64,000 nucleotides of DNA from an uncultured Eubacteriales bacterium (GTDB lineage: Bacteria; Bacillota; Clostridia; Oscillospirales; CAG-272), in NCBI GenBank assembly GCA_934446065.1, contig CAKSDP010000006.1, forward strand, positions 11,032 through 75,031, in the 5' to 3' direction. A model generated the notes under the pieces. It was not told where the DNA came from. It saw only the letters and a list, made by a program, of their open reading frames with translations, and searched no databases. Shown here piece after piece: positions 16,194-24,465 of the stretch. The position numbers and the translations under genes were made by a program. How positions within the stretch are numbered: position 1 is the first letter of the stretch; each line of letters begins with the position of its first letter.

Positions 16194-18080
16194 TTATTTT
16201 TTCGGTACGCCCGCCATCTCGGGATGAAATTCCGGAACAATGCGCATCATGAGAGCGCGCAGCTCGTCCGGATCGGCATAAAAGGCGTTGTGAAGCTCCT
16301 CAAGCTCCTTTTCAAATACGGCGTCGTCTTTCTTCTGCGGACGTCCGATGTAAATGAGGTTATTCGGCGTTTTGCCGAGCCCCTCGCCCGAGAGGAGTAT
16401 CTCCTCATAGAGCTTTTCGCCTTCGCGAAGTCCGGAATACTCGATCTTGATATCGACATCCGGTTCAAGTCCGGAGAGCCTTATCATTTTGCGTGCAAGA
16501 TCGTCAATCTTTACAGGCTCGCCCATGTCAAGCACGAACACTTCGCCGTTGTTTGCGTATGCTCCTGCCTGAAGCACAAGTGAAACGGCTTCCGGGATGG
16601 TCATAAAGAAACGGATAATGTCGGGATGAGTTACCGTGACAGGTCCGCCGCGCTCGATCTGCTTCTTGAACAGCGGGATCACGCTGCCGTTCGAACCGAG
16701 CACGTTTCCGAAACGAACAGCTGCAAATCTCACAGTCGATCTCGATGCAAAATACTGAACTACCATCTCACACATACGCTTTGACGCGCCCATGACGTTC
16801 GTCGGATTTACGGCTTTATCGGTCGAGATGAGAATGAATGCCTCGGCGCCGTATTTGTCGGCGGCAGCCGCAGTATTGTATGTGCCGAATACGTTGTTCT
16901 TTATTGCCTCGTTCGGGGAGTTTTCCATGAGGGGAACATGCTTATGCGCAGCGGCATGGAAAACAAGTTGGGGATGGTAGTCCTCGAATATTTGATCAAC
17001 ACGACGGGAATCGCGGACAGAGCCGATGAGAACCGTGAGTGTGAGAGACGGGAACTTGTATTGCAGCTCCTGCTGAATCGCGTATGCGTTGTTCTCGTAG
17101 ATATCAAAAATTATAAGACGCTCCGGCTTTGCTGCGGCGATCTGCCGGCACAGCTCAGAGCCGATCGATCCGCCGCCTCCCGTGACGAGAACGGTTTTAC
17201 CGACTATGTATGAGGTGATCTCGTGCAGATCGACCTTCACGGTGTCGCGCCCGAGCAGATCGTCAATCTCGACGCGGCGCAGCTTCTGTATGCTGACCTC
17301 GCCGTTAACAAGCTGATATATACCGGGCAGCGTCCGAATGGAGCAGTTTGTCTTCTGGCAGATCTCGATGATCTCGTGACGGTTTTTCGGTAAAGCGCTC
17401 GGAATTGCTATTATGATCTCCTCGATCTGATATTTGTTGACAAGCTCGGGGATCGAGAAACGGTTTCCGAGAATCTTTACTCCATAGATCGAAGAGCGAA
17501 GCTTGTACGGATCGTCGTCAACAACACAGATGACTTTGTTCTTCACAGTAGGGTTGTTCTGAATCTCACGGATAAGAGTTGCCGCGGCAACTCCGCCGCC
17601 GACAATAAGCGTGCGCACCTTTTCGCCGGAGTGCTTCTGCACGTTGTTCTTCAGCGAACGGATAAATCTGTAACCGAACCGGAGCGCAAGCATAAAGAAG
17701 CACAGGAAAAGCGCGTTTGTAATAGGGAACGTCAACGGAAGAATACCGTCTGTAATGTGAATATAGACGAGATTCAGTATGTTGAAGACGAACACAGCAG
17801 CAACGATCTGTATGGCTTCGTTTACGCTTGAAAATTCCCACAGGCTGCTGTAAATGCGGAAAGCGTGGAAAATAGCAACTGCGGAAAGCGTGAAGATTAT
17901 TATGTGCGAATAATAATTCGTTGCGTATTTTTGAAAGAGTTCGGAGTGAATATTGAAATCAAAATGAACAAAAAGAGTGAGAAACGCGGAAAGGTTGACG
18001 AACAACACGTCAACGAGCATGAGAAGAGAGATTTTCAGATATTTGTTAATATACTTCTTTGTATTTTTAATATTAGACAT
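16194..18080 (-). CDS. Membrane-anchored polysaccharide biosynthesis protein, CapD/WbpM/PglF-type NDP-sugar 4,6-dehydratase
   Basis: Four N-terminal TM helices, two Rossmann motifs (LIVGGGVAAATL, VLVTGGGGSIGSEL) and a CapD-type C-terminus. ATG 18080 has GGAG 9 nt upstream. The listed TTG at 18095 is less likely. Confidence 0.9.
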   Translation of the reverse strand: MSNIKNTKKYINKYLKISLLMLVDVLFVNLSAFLTLFVHFDFNIHSELFQKYATNYYSHIIIFTLSAVAIFHAFRIYSSLWEFSSVNEAIQIVAAVFVFNILNLVYIHITDGILPLTFPITNALFLCFFMLALRFGYRFIRSLKNNVQKHSGEKVRTLIVGGGVAAATLIREIQNNPTVKNKVICVVDDDPYKLRSSIYGVKILGNRFSIPELVNKYQIEEIIIAIPSALPKNRHEIIEICQKTNCSIRTLPGIYQLVNGEVSIQKLRRVEIDDLLGRDTVKVDLHEITSYIVGKTVLVTGGGGSIGSELCRQIAAAKPERLIIFDIYENNAYAIQQELQYKFPSLTLTVLIGSVRDSRRVDQIFEDYHPQLVFHAAAHKHVPLMENSPNEAIKNNVFGTYNTAAAADKYGAEAFILISTDKAVNPTNVMGASKRMCEMVVQYFASRSTVRFAAVRFGNVLGSNGSVIPLFKKQIERGGPVTVTHPDIIRFFMTIPEAVSLVLQAGAYANNGEVFVLDMGEPVKIDDLARKMIRLSGLEPDVDIKIEYSGLREGEKLYEEILLSGEGLGKTPNNLIYIGRPQKKDDAVFEKELEELHNAFYADPDELRALMMRIVPEFHPEMAGVPKK

Positions 18081-18111
18081 TATATTTTTCTCCAATCAAA
18101 CATACGAATTA

Positions 18112-18140
18112 ATTATACCACCACAATGGAGAAAAGGCAA
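18112..18140 (-). promoter_or_regulatory. Sigma-A-type promoter for the CapD-like gene
   Basis: Minus strand reads TTGCCT (18140-18135), a 17-nt spacer, then TGgTATAAT (-10 at 18117-18112). Confidence 0.65.
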
Positions 18141-18196
18141 TAGAAAAATGTCCGAAATATTACAAAATTCGGGGATAAAAATATATTTTGTCTGTG

Positions 18197-18228
18197 CAAA
18201 ACAGCGCCGCTTATGCGGCGCTGTTTTA
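18197..18228 (-). terminator. Rho-independent terminator after the lipoprotein gene
   Basis: Stem CAGCGCCGC-ttat-GCGGCGCTG (18202-18223), flanked by A4 and T4 runs. Confidence 0.85.
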
Positions 18229-18234
18229 AGCTGT

Positions 18235-20412
18235 TTATTTGTCCCAATCCGTGCCCCACCACGAAGTGGGTTTGTACCAATGCAGAGGGCTTACGGTGGT
18301 GTCGAGCGTCTCGGGGATCTGATCATCCTTGAAGATCGCAAGCATTATGCTGTCCTTGTACTTTGTCATGCGATCAAAGAGCAGCTGATATCTGCGCTCG
18401 GTCTCAGCCTTTTCCTCGGGTGTGCCGTTCTTGTATCTCTCAGTGAACGTAGCCGAAATACCGTTGAAATACATATGACATGAGAGCATCTCAAGACGGC
18501 GCTCCATCTCTGCGTATTCCGCCTTGGTGATTGCTTCCTCAAACACCTTGCTCGACCAGTCAAAGTTTTCGGCGATGTATTCGTAATCGTAGATATCGAA
18601 CGGGGGAGACGCAAGTGCGGTCCAGCAGTTGTTCGTGCTGTCGCCCGCCGCCTCAAGCATCATAATGTAGTCATACAGTCCGTCCGCGGCAGCGTCACCG
18701 TAGAACACCGTGAGGAACTCGCGGATAGCCGCATCGTACTCATCCTCGCTCATATACGGATCCCAAAGGAGACGCGCGAACAGGTAAGACGTGAGATCGT
18801 CGAAGCCGAGTGTCGTGTCCTCGTTCTGAATGAACATACCCTTGACACCAAGCTCTGCGAAATATCTGAGATCGCGGCGCATCTGACCGATGATCGGCAC
18901 GGGGGCGATCGTCTCGGCAAAGTTGTTTGCATAGTACCAGACGTGCACGTTCTCGGTAAGCTTCAGCCAATTTTCAAGATTGCCGATGTGGTCAAAATTC
19001 TTGTATCCGCCGGTCTGCGGAGGGCACTCGGTTCCGTCGACCGAGTGATTGTTGCACGCGAGATAGTAGCAGAAGCCGATGTAGAGATTGTCGGCGATAT
19101 CCATGCTCTTCGGTGCTGCCTCGGTCGGTTGATATGCGAGAGTCCAAAACTCTATTCCCGGATATTCCGGCGTAAGCTCAGCTGAAATGCGATTGATAAA
19201 GTCTATGAGCGTCGCGGATTTTGAACCGTATTTTGCGATGGTCTTCATGCAGTCGCGGCAACTGCACCAGCCCTCACCGTCGTTCTGCGATATCGAGATC
19301 TGAGGGAAGTTCACGCCGGGAGTGAGCCCGGAAGAAATCAGACTGTCAATGTACTTTCTGAGGTTTTCGATGCACTCGTCGTAAATATCCGGATCGGAGT
19401 AGCACGGCGCCTGAAGATCGGGAACGGAAGGATTAAGGCGATATGCCGAGTGATTTGAGTCTGGACCATAGCCGTAACCGTAGTCTTCCGACTGGATCCA
19501 CTCCTGCCCCCACAGAGCGTTAAGCTTGCGGGCGATCCTGTTCTCGGCGTATTCTCTGCCGTAAGCCGAAGCAGGGTAGAGCCCTGTTTTTCCGTCGATA
19601 TAGGTGAATGTATCGCGCCAAGCGAAAGTAATATCCGTTTTTTCGTATGAGGTCCCCTCATCAAGGGAGATCATATCTGCATCATAAATATATGTAACGC
19701 CGCGTGAAAGGAAACGGAAGCCGAGCACATTTTCAAGAAAATCGTATGCGGCGTAAATGAGTCCGCGCTTGAGACCGCCGGTTATAATGAGGTCGCCGTT
19801 CTTCACCTCATATCCGACGCCCTCGTCACCGTATTTCGTTCCGTCATCAATTATGAGCTGAATATTGTGCTGTCCCGGCTTGTCGGTGATTTCGAGATCA
19901 AAGCCGCAAGCGTCAAGAATATAGAAATTAAGTATATCCGACGCGCTTTCTGCGGTGTCTTTGTATGAGCCGTCGGGATAGCTCTGCGGCATGACGATAC
20001 GGTATTCGGATATATCGGTCCCCGCTATGAGAAGCTGCCCGATTCTTTCGTTCTCGCCGTAGACCACATTTGAGCAGTTTTCCGTGTTGTTCGCGAAATA
20101 TCTTACGGCGCGGTCGAACCCATCGTCGCTTTTCGCAGCGATTACGGTCTGATCTCCCACATTTTTGATCACGTAACCCTCGCTGCGGAACATGGCGAGA
20201 TCGATACCGTAATCTGCGGTTCTCTCCGCGTCGCAGACGAGAACCTTACCGTCAAAATCCCCGATGCGGTTCTGAAGCCATTCGGCGTACTTTTCACAGT
20301 CGCTCGAGGTCGAGCTGATGTTTGTCCGGTCAGCCGCATCCTTTGAGCCGCATGAGACAGCCGAGGTTATAAGGAGAGCTGAGAGAAGGACGGCAGAGAT
20401 AATTCGTTTCAT
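18235..20412 (-). CDS. Lipoprotein, DUF4838-like putative glycan-degrading enzyme
   Basis: Lipobox MKRIISAVLLSALLITSAVSC|G. The segments RGLIYAAYDFLENVLGFRFL and NDGEGWCSCRDCMK match my recollection of DUF4838 proteins. ATG 20412 has a GGAGG RBS. The 228 upstream codons of the listed 953-aa ORF overlap tmcAL and both promoters and are spurious. Confidence 0.6.
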   Translation of the reverse strand: MKRIISAVLLSALLITSAVSCGSKDAADRTNISSTSSDCEKYAEWLQNRIGDFDGKVLVCDAERTADYGIDLAMFRSEGYVIKNVGDQTVIAAKSDDGFDRAVRYFANNTENCSNVVYGENERIGQLLIAGTDISEYRIVMPQSYPDGSYKDTAESASDILNFYILDACGFDLEITDKPGQHNIQLIIDDGTKYGDEGVGYEVKNGDLIITGGLKRGLIYAAYDFLENVLGFRFLSRGVTYIYDADMISLDEGTSYEKTDITFAWRDTFTYIDGKTGLYPASAYGREYAENRIARKLNALWGQEWIQSEDYGYGYGPDSNHSAYRLNPSVPDLQAPCYSDPDIYDECIENLRKYIDSLISSGLTPGVNFPQISISQNDGEGWCSCRDCMKTIAKYGSKSATLIDFINRISAELTPEYPGIEFWTLAYQPTEAAPKSMDIADNLYIGFCYYLACNNHSVDGTECPPQTGGYKNFDHIGNLENWLKLTENVHVWYYANNFAETIAPVPIIGQMRRDLRYFAELGVKGMFIQNEDTTLGFDDLTSYLFARLLWDPYMSEDEYDAAIREFLTVFYGDAAADGLYDYIMMLEAAGDSTNNCWTALASPPFDIYDYEYIAENFDWSSKVFEEAITKAEYAEMERRLEMLSCHMYFNGISATFTERYKNGTPEEKAETERRYQLLFDRMTKYKDSIMLAIFKDDQIPETLDTTVSPLHWYKPTSWWGTDWDK

Positions 20413-20457
20413 TGATGAACCTCCGTTGGAGTGTCGATGACACAATTCTACGGATGG

Positions 20458-20486
20458 ATTATAGCACAAATTGCCTAAAATTTCAA
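20458..20486 (-). promoter_or_regulatory. Sigma-A-type promoter for the DUF4838-like lipoprotein gene
   Basis: Minus strand reads TTGAAA (20486-20481), a 17-nt spacer, then TGcTATAAT (-10 at 20463-20458). Confidence 0.75.
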
Positions 20487-20514
20487 TACCAACATCCCTT
20501 TTTTGAATAAACAT

Positions 20515-20543
20515 TTGACAAACCGCCGCCGGTGCTGTATTAT
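20515..20543 (+). promoter_or_regulatory. Sigma-A-type promoter for tmcAL
   Basis: TTGACA (20515-20520), a 17-nt spacer, then TATTAT (20538-20543), 28 nt before ATG 20572. Confidence 0.7.
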
Positions 20544-20571
20544 ACTTGTAGAATAAATTACGGAGAGACAT

Positions 20572-21729
20572 ATGACGACGGCGATAATTTGCGAGCTGAA
20601 TCCACTCCACACGGGGCACGAGTACCTGATCTCGGAGGCGAAGAAGAACGGGCGCGTTGTGCTTGTGATGAGCGGGAATTTCTGCCAGCGCGGCAGCAGC
20701 GCTGTCTATAACAAATATCTCCGCGCACGCGCCGCCATTACGTGCGGTGCAGATCTTGTGATCGAGCTGCCGTTCCCCTGGTGCGCGGCGGGCGCGGCGG
20801 ATTTTGCCCGTGCGGGTGTTCACATTGCGAACGCGGTCGGAGCCGATCGGCTTATGTTCGGGAGCGGGAGCGGCAACGCCGATCTGCTTGCGCGCGCAGG
20901 TGCGCTTATGGCGCAGGGTGATTTTGACACGATGTACCGCGATGCCGAGCGGGAAAATCCCGATATGGGCGCCGGAGCGCTGAGGCAGATGCTTCTTTGC
21001 AGACTGCTCGGCGAGGACGCCGCCACGCTCACAAATCCGAATGATATACTCGGCGTCGAGTATTTCAGATATGCCGAATTGTCGGGAGGTCTGCAATGTG
21101 CGCCGATTCCCAGACGCACAGACGAAACGACATCCGCGACCGAGCTTCGGCGTATGATGACAGACGGCGATCTATCATCAGCCATGCCTTTTATCCCTAC
21201 CGCCGCGCGTGAGATATTCACAAAATCCGATCTTCTGCCGGAGAATCGGCTGTATGATGCGGAGCAGCTGTATTTCAGGCTTGCGGACCCCAATCCCGAA
21301 AACATCGCCGAAGCGTCCGGAGGGCTGGGCTTTCGCCTGATCCGCGCCGCAAACGAAGCCGAAAGCGGGGAAGCGATGCTCGCGGCTGCCGCAACCAAAA
21401 AATTCACGGTTGCGCGGCTACGTCGTGCTGCTTTGTACATGACGTGCGGGATCACACGCGCGGATATAAGAGAAGATCCGACCTTCACCACCGTCCTCGC
21501 GATCGGGCGTGAGGGACGAGAGATACTGAGAGACGCTTCAAAGCGGGGCGATATCCGGATCGTGACAAAGCCCTCCGATCCGCCGGATGGCTGCGCCGAG
21601 CAGTATGAGCGAAGCTCTGCCGCAGACAGGCTCTATGCAGCCTTGCCGCAAAATCGTCTGACATCCGGATATTTTTCGGCAGCGACACCGTATACGGAAA
21701 AACAAAAAATGCGGCACCGCCGCGTTTGA
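20572..21729 (+). CDS. tmcAL: tRNA(Met) cytidine acetate ligase (YlbM/UPF0348 family nucleotidyltransferase)
   Basis: N-terminus IICELNPLHTGHEYLI, then VLVMSGNFCQRGSSAV and GADLVIELP, as in B. subtilis YlbM/TmcAL. Confidence 0.8.
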   Translation: MTTAIICELNPLHTGHEYLISEAKKNGRVVLVMSGNFCQRGSSAVYNKYLRARAAITCGADLVIELPFPWCAAGAADFARAGVHIANAVGADRLMFGSGSGNADLLARAGALMAQGDFDTMYRDAERENPDMGAGALRQMLLCRLLGEDAATLTNPNDILGVEYFRYAELSGGLQCAPIPRRTDETTSATELRRMMTDGDLSSAMPFIPTAAREIFTKSDLLPENRLYDAEQLYFRLADPNPENIAEASGGLGFRLIRAANEAESGEAMLAAAATKKFTVARLRRAALYMTCGITRADIREDPTFTTVLAIGREGREILRDASKRGDIRIVTKPSDPPDGCAEQYERSSAADRLYAALPQNRLTSGYFSAATPYTEKQKMRHRRV

Positions 21730-21754
21730 TATAAAGCACAGTTTATGCTATAAT
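21726..21754 (+). promoter_or_regulatory. Sigma-A-type promoter for GH27 gene 2
   Basis: TTGATA (21726-21731, overlapping the tmcAL stop), a 17-nt spacer, then TGcTATAAT (-10 at 21749-21754). Confidence 0.7.
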
Positions 21755-21793
21755 AAACAAAATTCCCGCAGGGATTCAAACAGGAGATTTACT

Positions 21794-22978
21794 ATGATAG
21801 TTACAAGACCGCCGCTCGGGTGGAACACGTGGAATACATTCGGCCCGAACATAAACGAGGAACTGATAATGCAGTCTGCCGACGCAATGGTCAAAGAGGG
21901 ACTTCTTTCTGCCGGCTATGAATATGTCGTCATCGACGATATATGGGCGCTCAAGGAGCGAGATGAGAACGGACGGCTTGTCCCCGATCCCGAAAAATTT
22001 CCGCACGGGATGAAGTATCTCTCGGATTACATCCATTCAAAGGGACTGAAATTCGGTATGTATTCGTGTGCAGGTTATCAAACGTGCGCAGGTTATCCCG
22101 CTTCGTTTGAATATGAGTGGATAGACGCCGCTTCGTTCGCTGAGTGGGGCGTCGATTATCTCAAATACGACTACTGCTACCACCCGACGAATGTTCGTGG
22201 AGATATCCTCTATAAGCGGATGGCGCTCGCGCTCGCGAACTCCGGACGCGATATCGTGTTCTCCGCCTGCTCTTGGGGAATTGACAACACCCGTCAGTGG
22301 ATAAAGGAAACCGGTGCGCACCTGTGGCGATCGACCGGTGATATCTACGACGGCTGGCCGAATATCAGAATGCTCGCGCAGAAGGAAATGCAGGAGATGG
22401 AGTATAACGGCAGCGGCTGCTTCAACGATATGGATATGCTCGTCGTCGGAATGAACGGCCAAGGTAACGTCGGCGTCGGAGGATGCACATTCGAGGAATA
22501 CAAGACACACTTCTCGCTTTGGGCGTTTATGGGATCGCCGCTTATGATTGGCTGCGATATACGGAGCATGACCGATGAGACGAAAAAGATACTGACAAAC
22601 AGAGAAGTGCTCCGCATAAATCAGGATGCGGCGTACCGTCAGCCTTTCTTCCTCAATTCCATCCTGTACGAGCCGAAGACGAGCCGCGGTCCCGGCGAGG
22701 CATTCTGGAGCAGCTATCCCCTTGAGAGTCCCATAATGGCTCGGTTCCTCGATGACGGCGAGATCGCGATCGGATTCTTCAATCTCTCCGACGACACGCG
22801 GAGCAACTGGTTCACGCTCGACAATCTCGGACTGCCGATCACCGCCGGAAAAACCATTGAGGCGACAGACCTGTGGACAGGTGAGGTCAGACGTCCCGAA
22901 GGCGGCGTGTTCAAGTTTGACTGGGTCGAGGGACACTCCTGCCAGGTCTTCAGAGCGAAGATAGTTGATGTGAAATAA
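21794..22978 (+). CDS. GH27 alpha-galactosidase (second paralogue), no signal peptide
   Basis: Motifs PPLGWNTWN, VVIDDIW, YLKYDYC and RSTGDIYDGW. By eye it is about 40-45 % identical to the gene at 1322-2494. Confidence 0.85.
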   Translation: MIVTRPPLGWNTWNTFGPNINEELIMQSADAMVKEGLLSAGYEYVVIDDIWALKERDENGRLVPDPEKFPHGMKYLSDYIHSKGLKFGMYSCAGYQTCAGYPASFEYEWIDAASFAEWGVDYLKYDYCYHPTNVRGDILYKRMALALANSGRDIVFSACSWGIDNTRQWIKETGAHLWRSTGDIYDGWPNIRMLAQKEMQEMEYNGSGCFNDMDMLVVGMNGQGNVGVGGCTFEEYKTHFSLWAFMGSPLMIGCDIRSMTDETKKILTNREVLRINQDAAYRQPFFLNSILYEPKTSRGPGEAFWSSYPLESPIMARFLDDGEIAIGFFNLSDDTRSNWFTLDNLGLPITAGKTIEATDLWTGEVRRPEGGVFKFDWVEGHSCQVFRAKIVDVK

Positions 22979-22994
22979 TAAAATCGCTCACTGA

Positions 22995-23035
22995 CAAAAT
23001 GAGCAGTCCGAACACATCGGACTGCTCATTTTTAT
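22995..23035. terminator. Bidirectional rho-independent terminator
   Basis: 12-bp stem ATGAGCAGTCCG (22999-23010) pairs with CGGACTGCTCAT (23018-23029). TTTTTAT lies downstream and AAAA upstream. It sits between convergent genes. Confidence 0.9.
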
Positions 23036-23050
23036 AAGCGCTATTTATTA

Positions 23051-23647
23051 TCAGATATATTCCCGGATGCGGAACTTGATTCCGAGCCCACGCGCGACCT
23101 CGGCGCATCTCGCGAGATCCTCCTCGGATACAGTACCTCGCACCGCTGTAAGCACTACATTCGGCACATGGCGCGCGACATCGCGAGCAAACTTGAGAAC
23201 TCCGGCATACGTGTCCTCGCCGAATTTCGGAACGCAAAGCTTCATGTATGTCTCGGAATCGGGGGCATTGAGGCTGATTGAAATCGTATCGAACAGTCCT
23301 TCAAATAGCGGAGTCGTATCCTCGCCCATGATCATGGACGCATGACCGTTCGTGTTAAGACGGATCGGAATATCCGGATACTTCTCGCGGAGCTTCTTGC
23401 AGATCGTCAGCATATCGTAAAGTCGGCACGTCGGCTCACCGTATCCGCAGAATACGATCTCCTCGAATTTCTCGGGATGAGCTTCGATGATTGATTCGTA
23501 TATCTGATCGCGTGTCGGCTCCTGTTCAAGCCAGAGATTACCGTAAATATCGTCTCCGTGACTGCGGACGCAGAACGTGCACTTGTTCGTGCAGAGATTT
23601 GTCATGTTTACGTAAAGGCCGTCGCCCTGAGTGTATGTGATGATCAT
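23051..23647 (-). CDS. Small radical-SAM protein (TatD-associated type)
   Basis: 198 aa. N-terminal CxxxCxxC motif in NLCTNKCTFCVR. Lies 26 nt downstream of tatD and is the last gene before the terminator. Confidence 0.75.
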   Translation of the reverse strand: MIITYTQGDGLYVNMTNLCTNKCTFCVRSHGDDIYGNLWLEQEPTRDQIYESIIEAHPEKFEEIVFCGYGEPTCRLYDMLTICKKLREKYPDIPIRLNTNGHASMIMGEDTTPLFEGLFDTISISLNAPDSETYMKLCVPKFGEDTYAGVLKFARDVARHVPNVVLTAVRGTVSEEDLARCAEVARGLGIKFRIREYI

Positions 23648-23673
23648 GGTACCTGTCCTTTCGGTTAGAGATT

Positions 23674-24465
23674 TCAGCCGCCGATCCCGAAAAATTTTTC
23701 GGTGTTGCGCACAGTGATGTCGCAGAACTCGTCAAACGGGATCCCTGCGGCATCCGCTGCGGCTGCGGCTGTAAATCTGAGATATGCTGATAGATTGATC
23801 TCGCCCCTGTGCGGCTCGGGCGGGAGATACGGCGCGTCGGTCTCGACTAAGATCCGATCACGCGGAACGGCTGCTGCGGCAGCGCGGACATTCTTTGCGC
23901 TTTTGTAGCTGACAGTTCCCGAGAAGGAGATAAAGTGCCCCATCGAGCAAAGCTCGCGTGCCATCTCGGCGCTTCCGCTGAAGCTGTGCAGAACGGCTGT
24001 GACACCCTTGTGCGCCTTCAGAATATCGAGCGTGTCGCCGTGCGCCTCACGGTCATGTATTATCACCGGATAGGAAGTCTCTTCGGCGAGCGAGAGCTGC
24101 GCGTCAAAGAAATACTTCTGCCTCGCCTCATCCTCGCGACCGTAGTGATAGTCAAGTCCGATCTCGCCTATCGCGAGTACGCGCTCGTGATCGAGCATCG
24201 CACGGATTTGGTCAAGTGCGGATTTTTCGCTGCCGCACGGGATGAAACGTGAATCGCCGGGATGAATTCCTGCTGCGGCGTAAATGCGGTCATAGGCTTC
24301 GGCGAGAGCAATGCACTCGGCGGAAGTCTCCGGAAGCGTTCCGACGCACATGATGCCGCATACGCCGGAATCAAACGAATCCTTTATCGCACCGGCAGCA
24401 CCGCCGGGATAATCGCCGAACCGGCTGTCGTTGTAGTGCGCGTGTGAATCAAACAGTCGGGTCAT
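23674..24465 (-). CDS. tatD: TatD/YabD-family metal-dependent hydrolase (DNase)
   Basis: FDSHAHYND, IGEIGLDYHY, VIIHDREAH and ETDAPYL motifs. Its ATG overlaps the metG stop (ATGA). Confidence 0.9.
   Translation of the reverse strand: MTRLFDSHAHYNDSRFGDYPGGAAGAIKDSFDSGVCGIMCVGTLPETSAECIALAEAYDRIYAAAGIHPGDSRFIPCGSEKSALDQIRAMLDHERVLAIGEIGLDYHYGREDEARQKYFFDAQLSLAEETSYPVIIHDREAHGDTLDILKAHKGVTAVLHSFSGSAEMARELCSMGHFISFSGTVSYKSAKNVRAAAAAVPRDRILVETDAPYLPPEPHRGEINLSAYLRFTAAAAADAAGIPFDEFCDITVRNTEKFFGIGG

Noticed and set aside
20413-21096. N-terminal 228 codons of the listed 953-aa ORF
   Set aside because: They overlap tmcAL on the opposite strand and both divergent promoters. A lipoprotein signal peptide with a GGAGG RBS begins at 20412.
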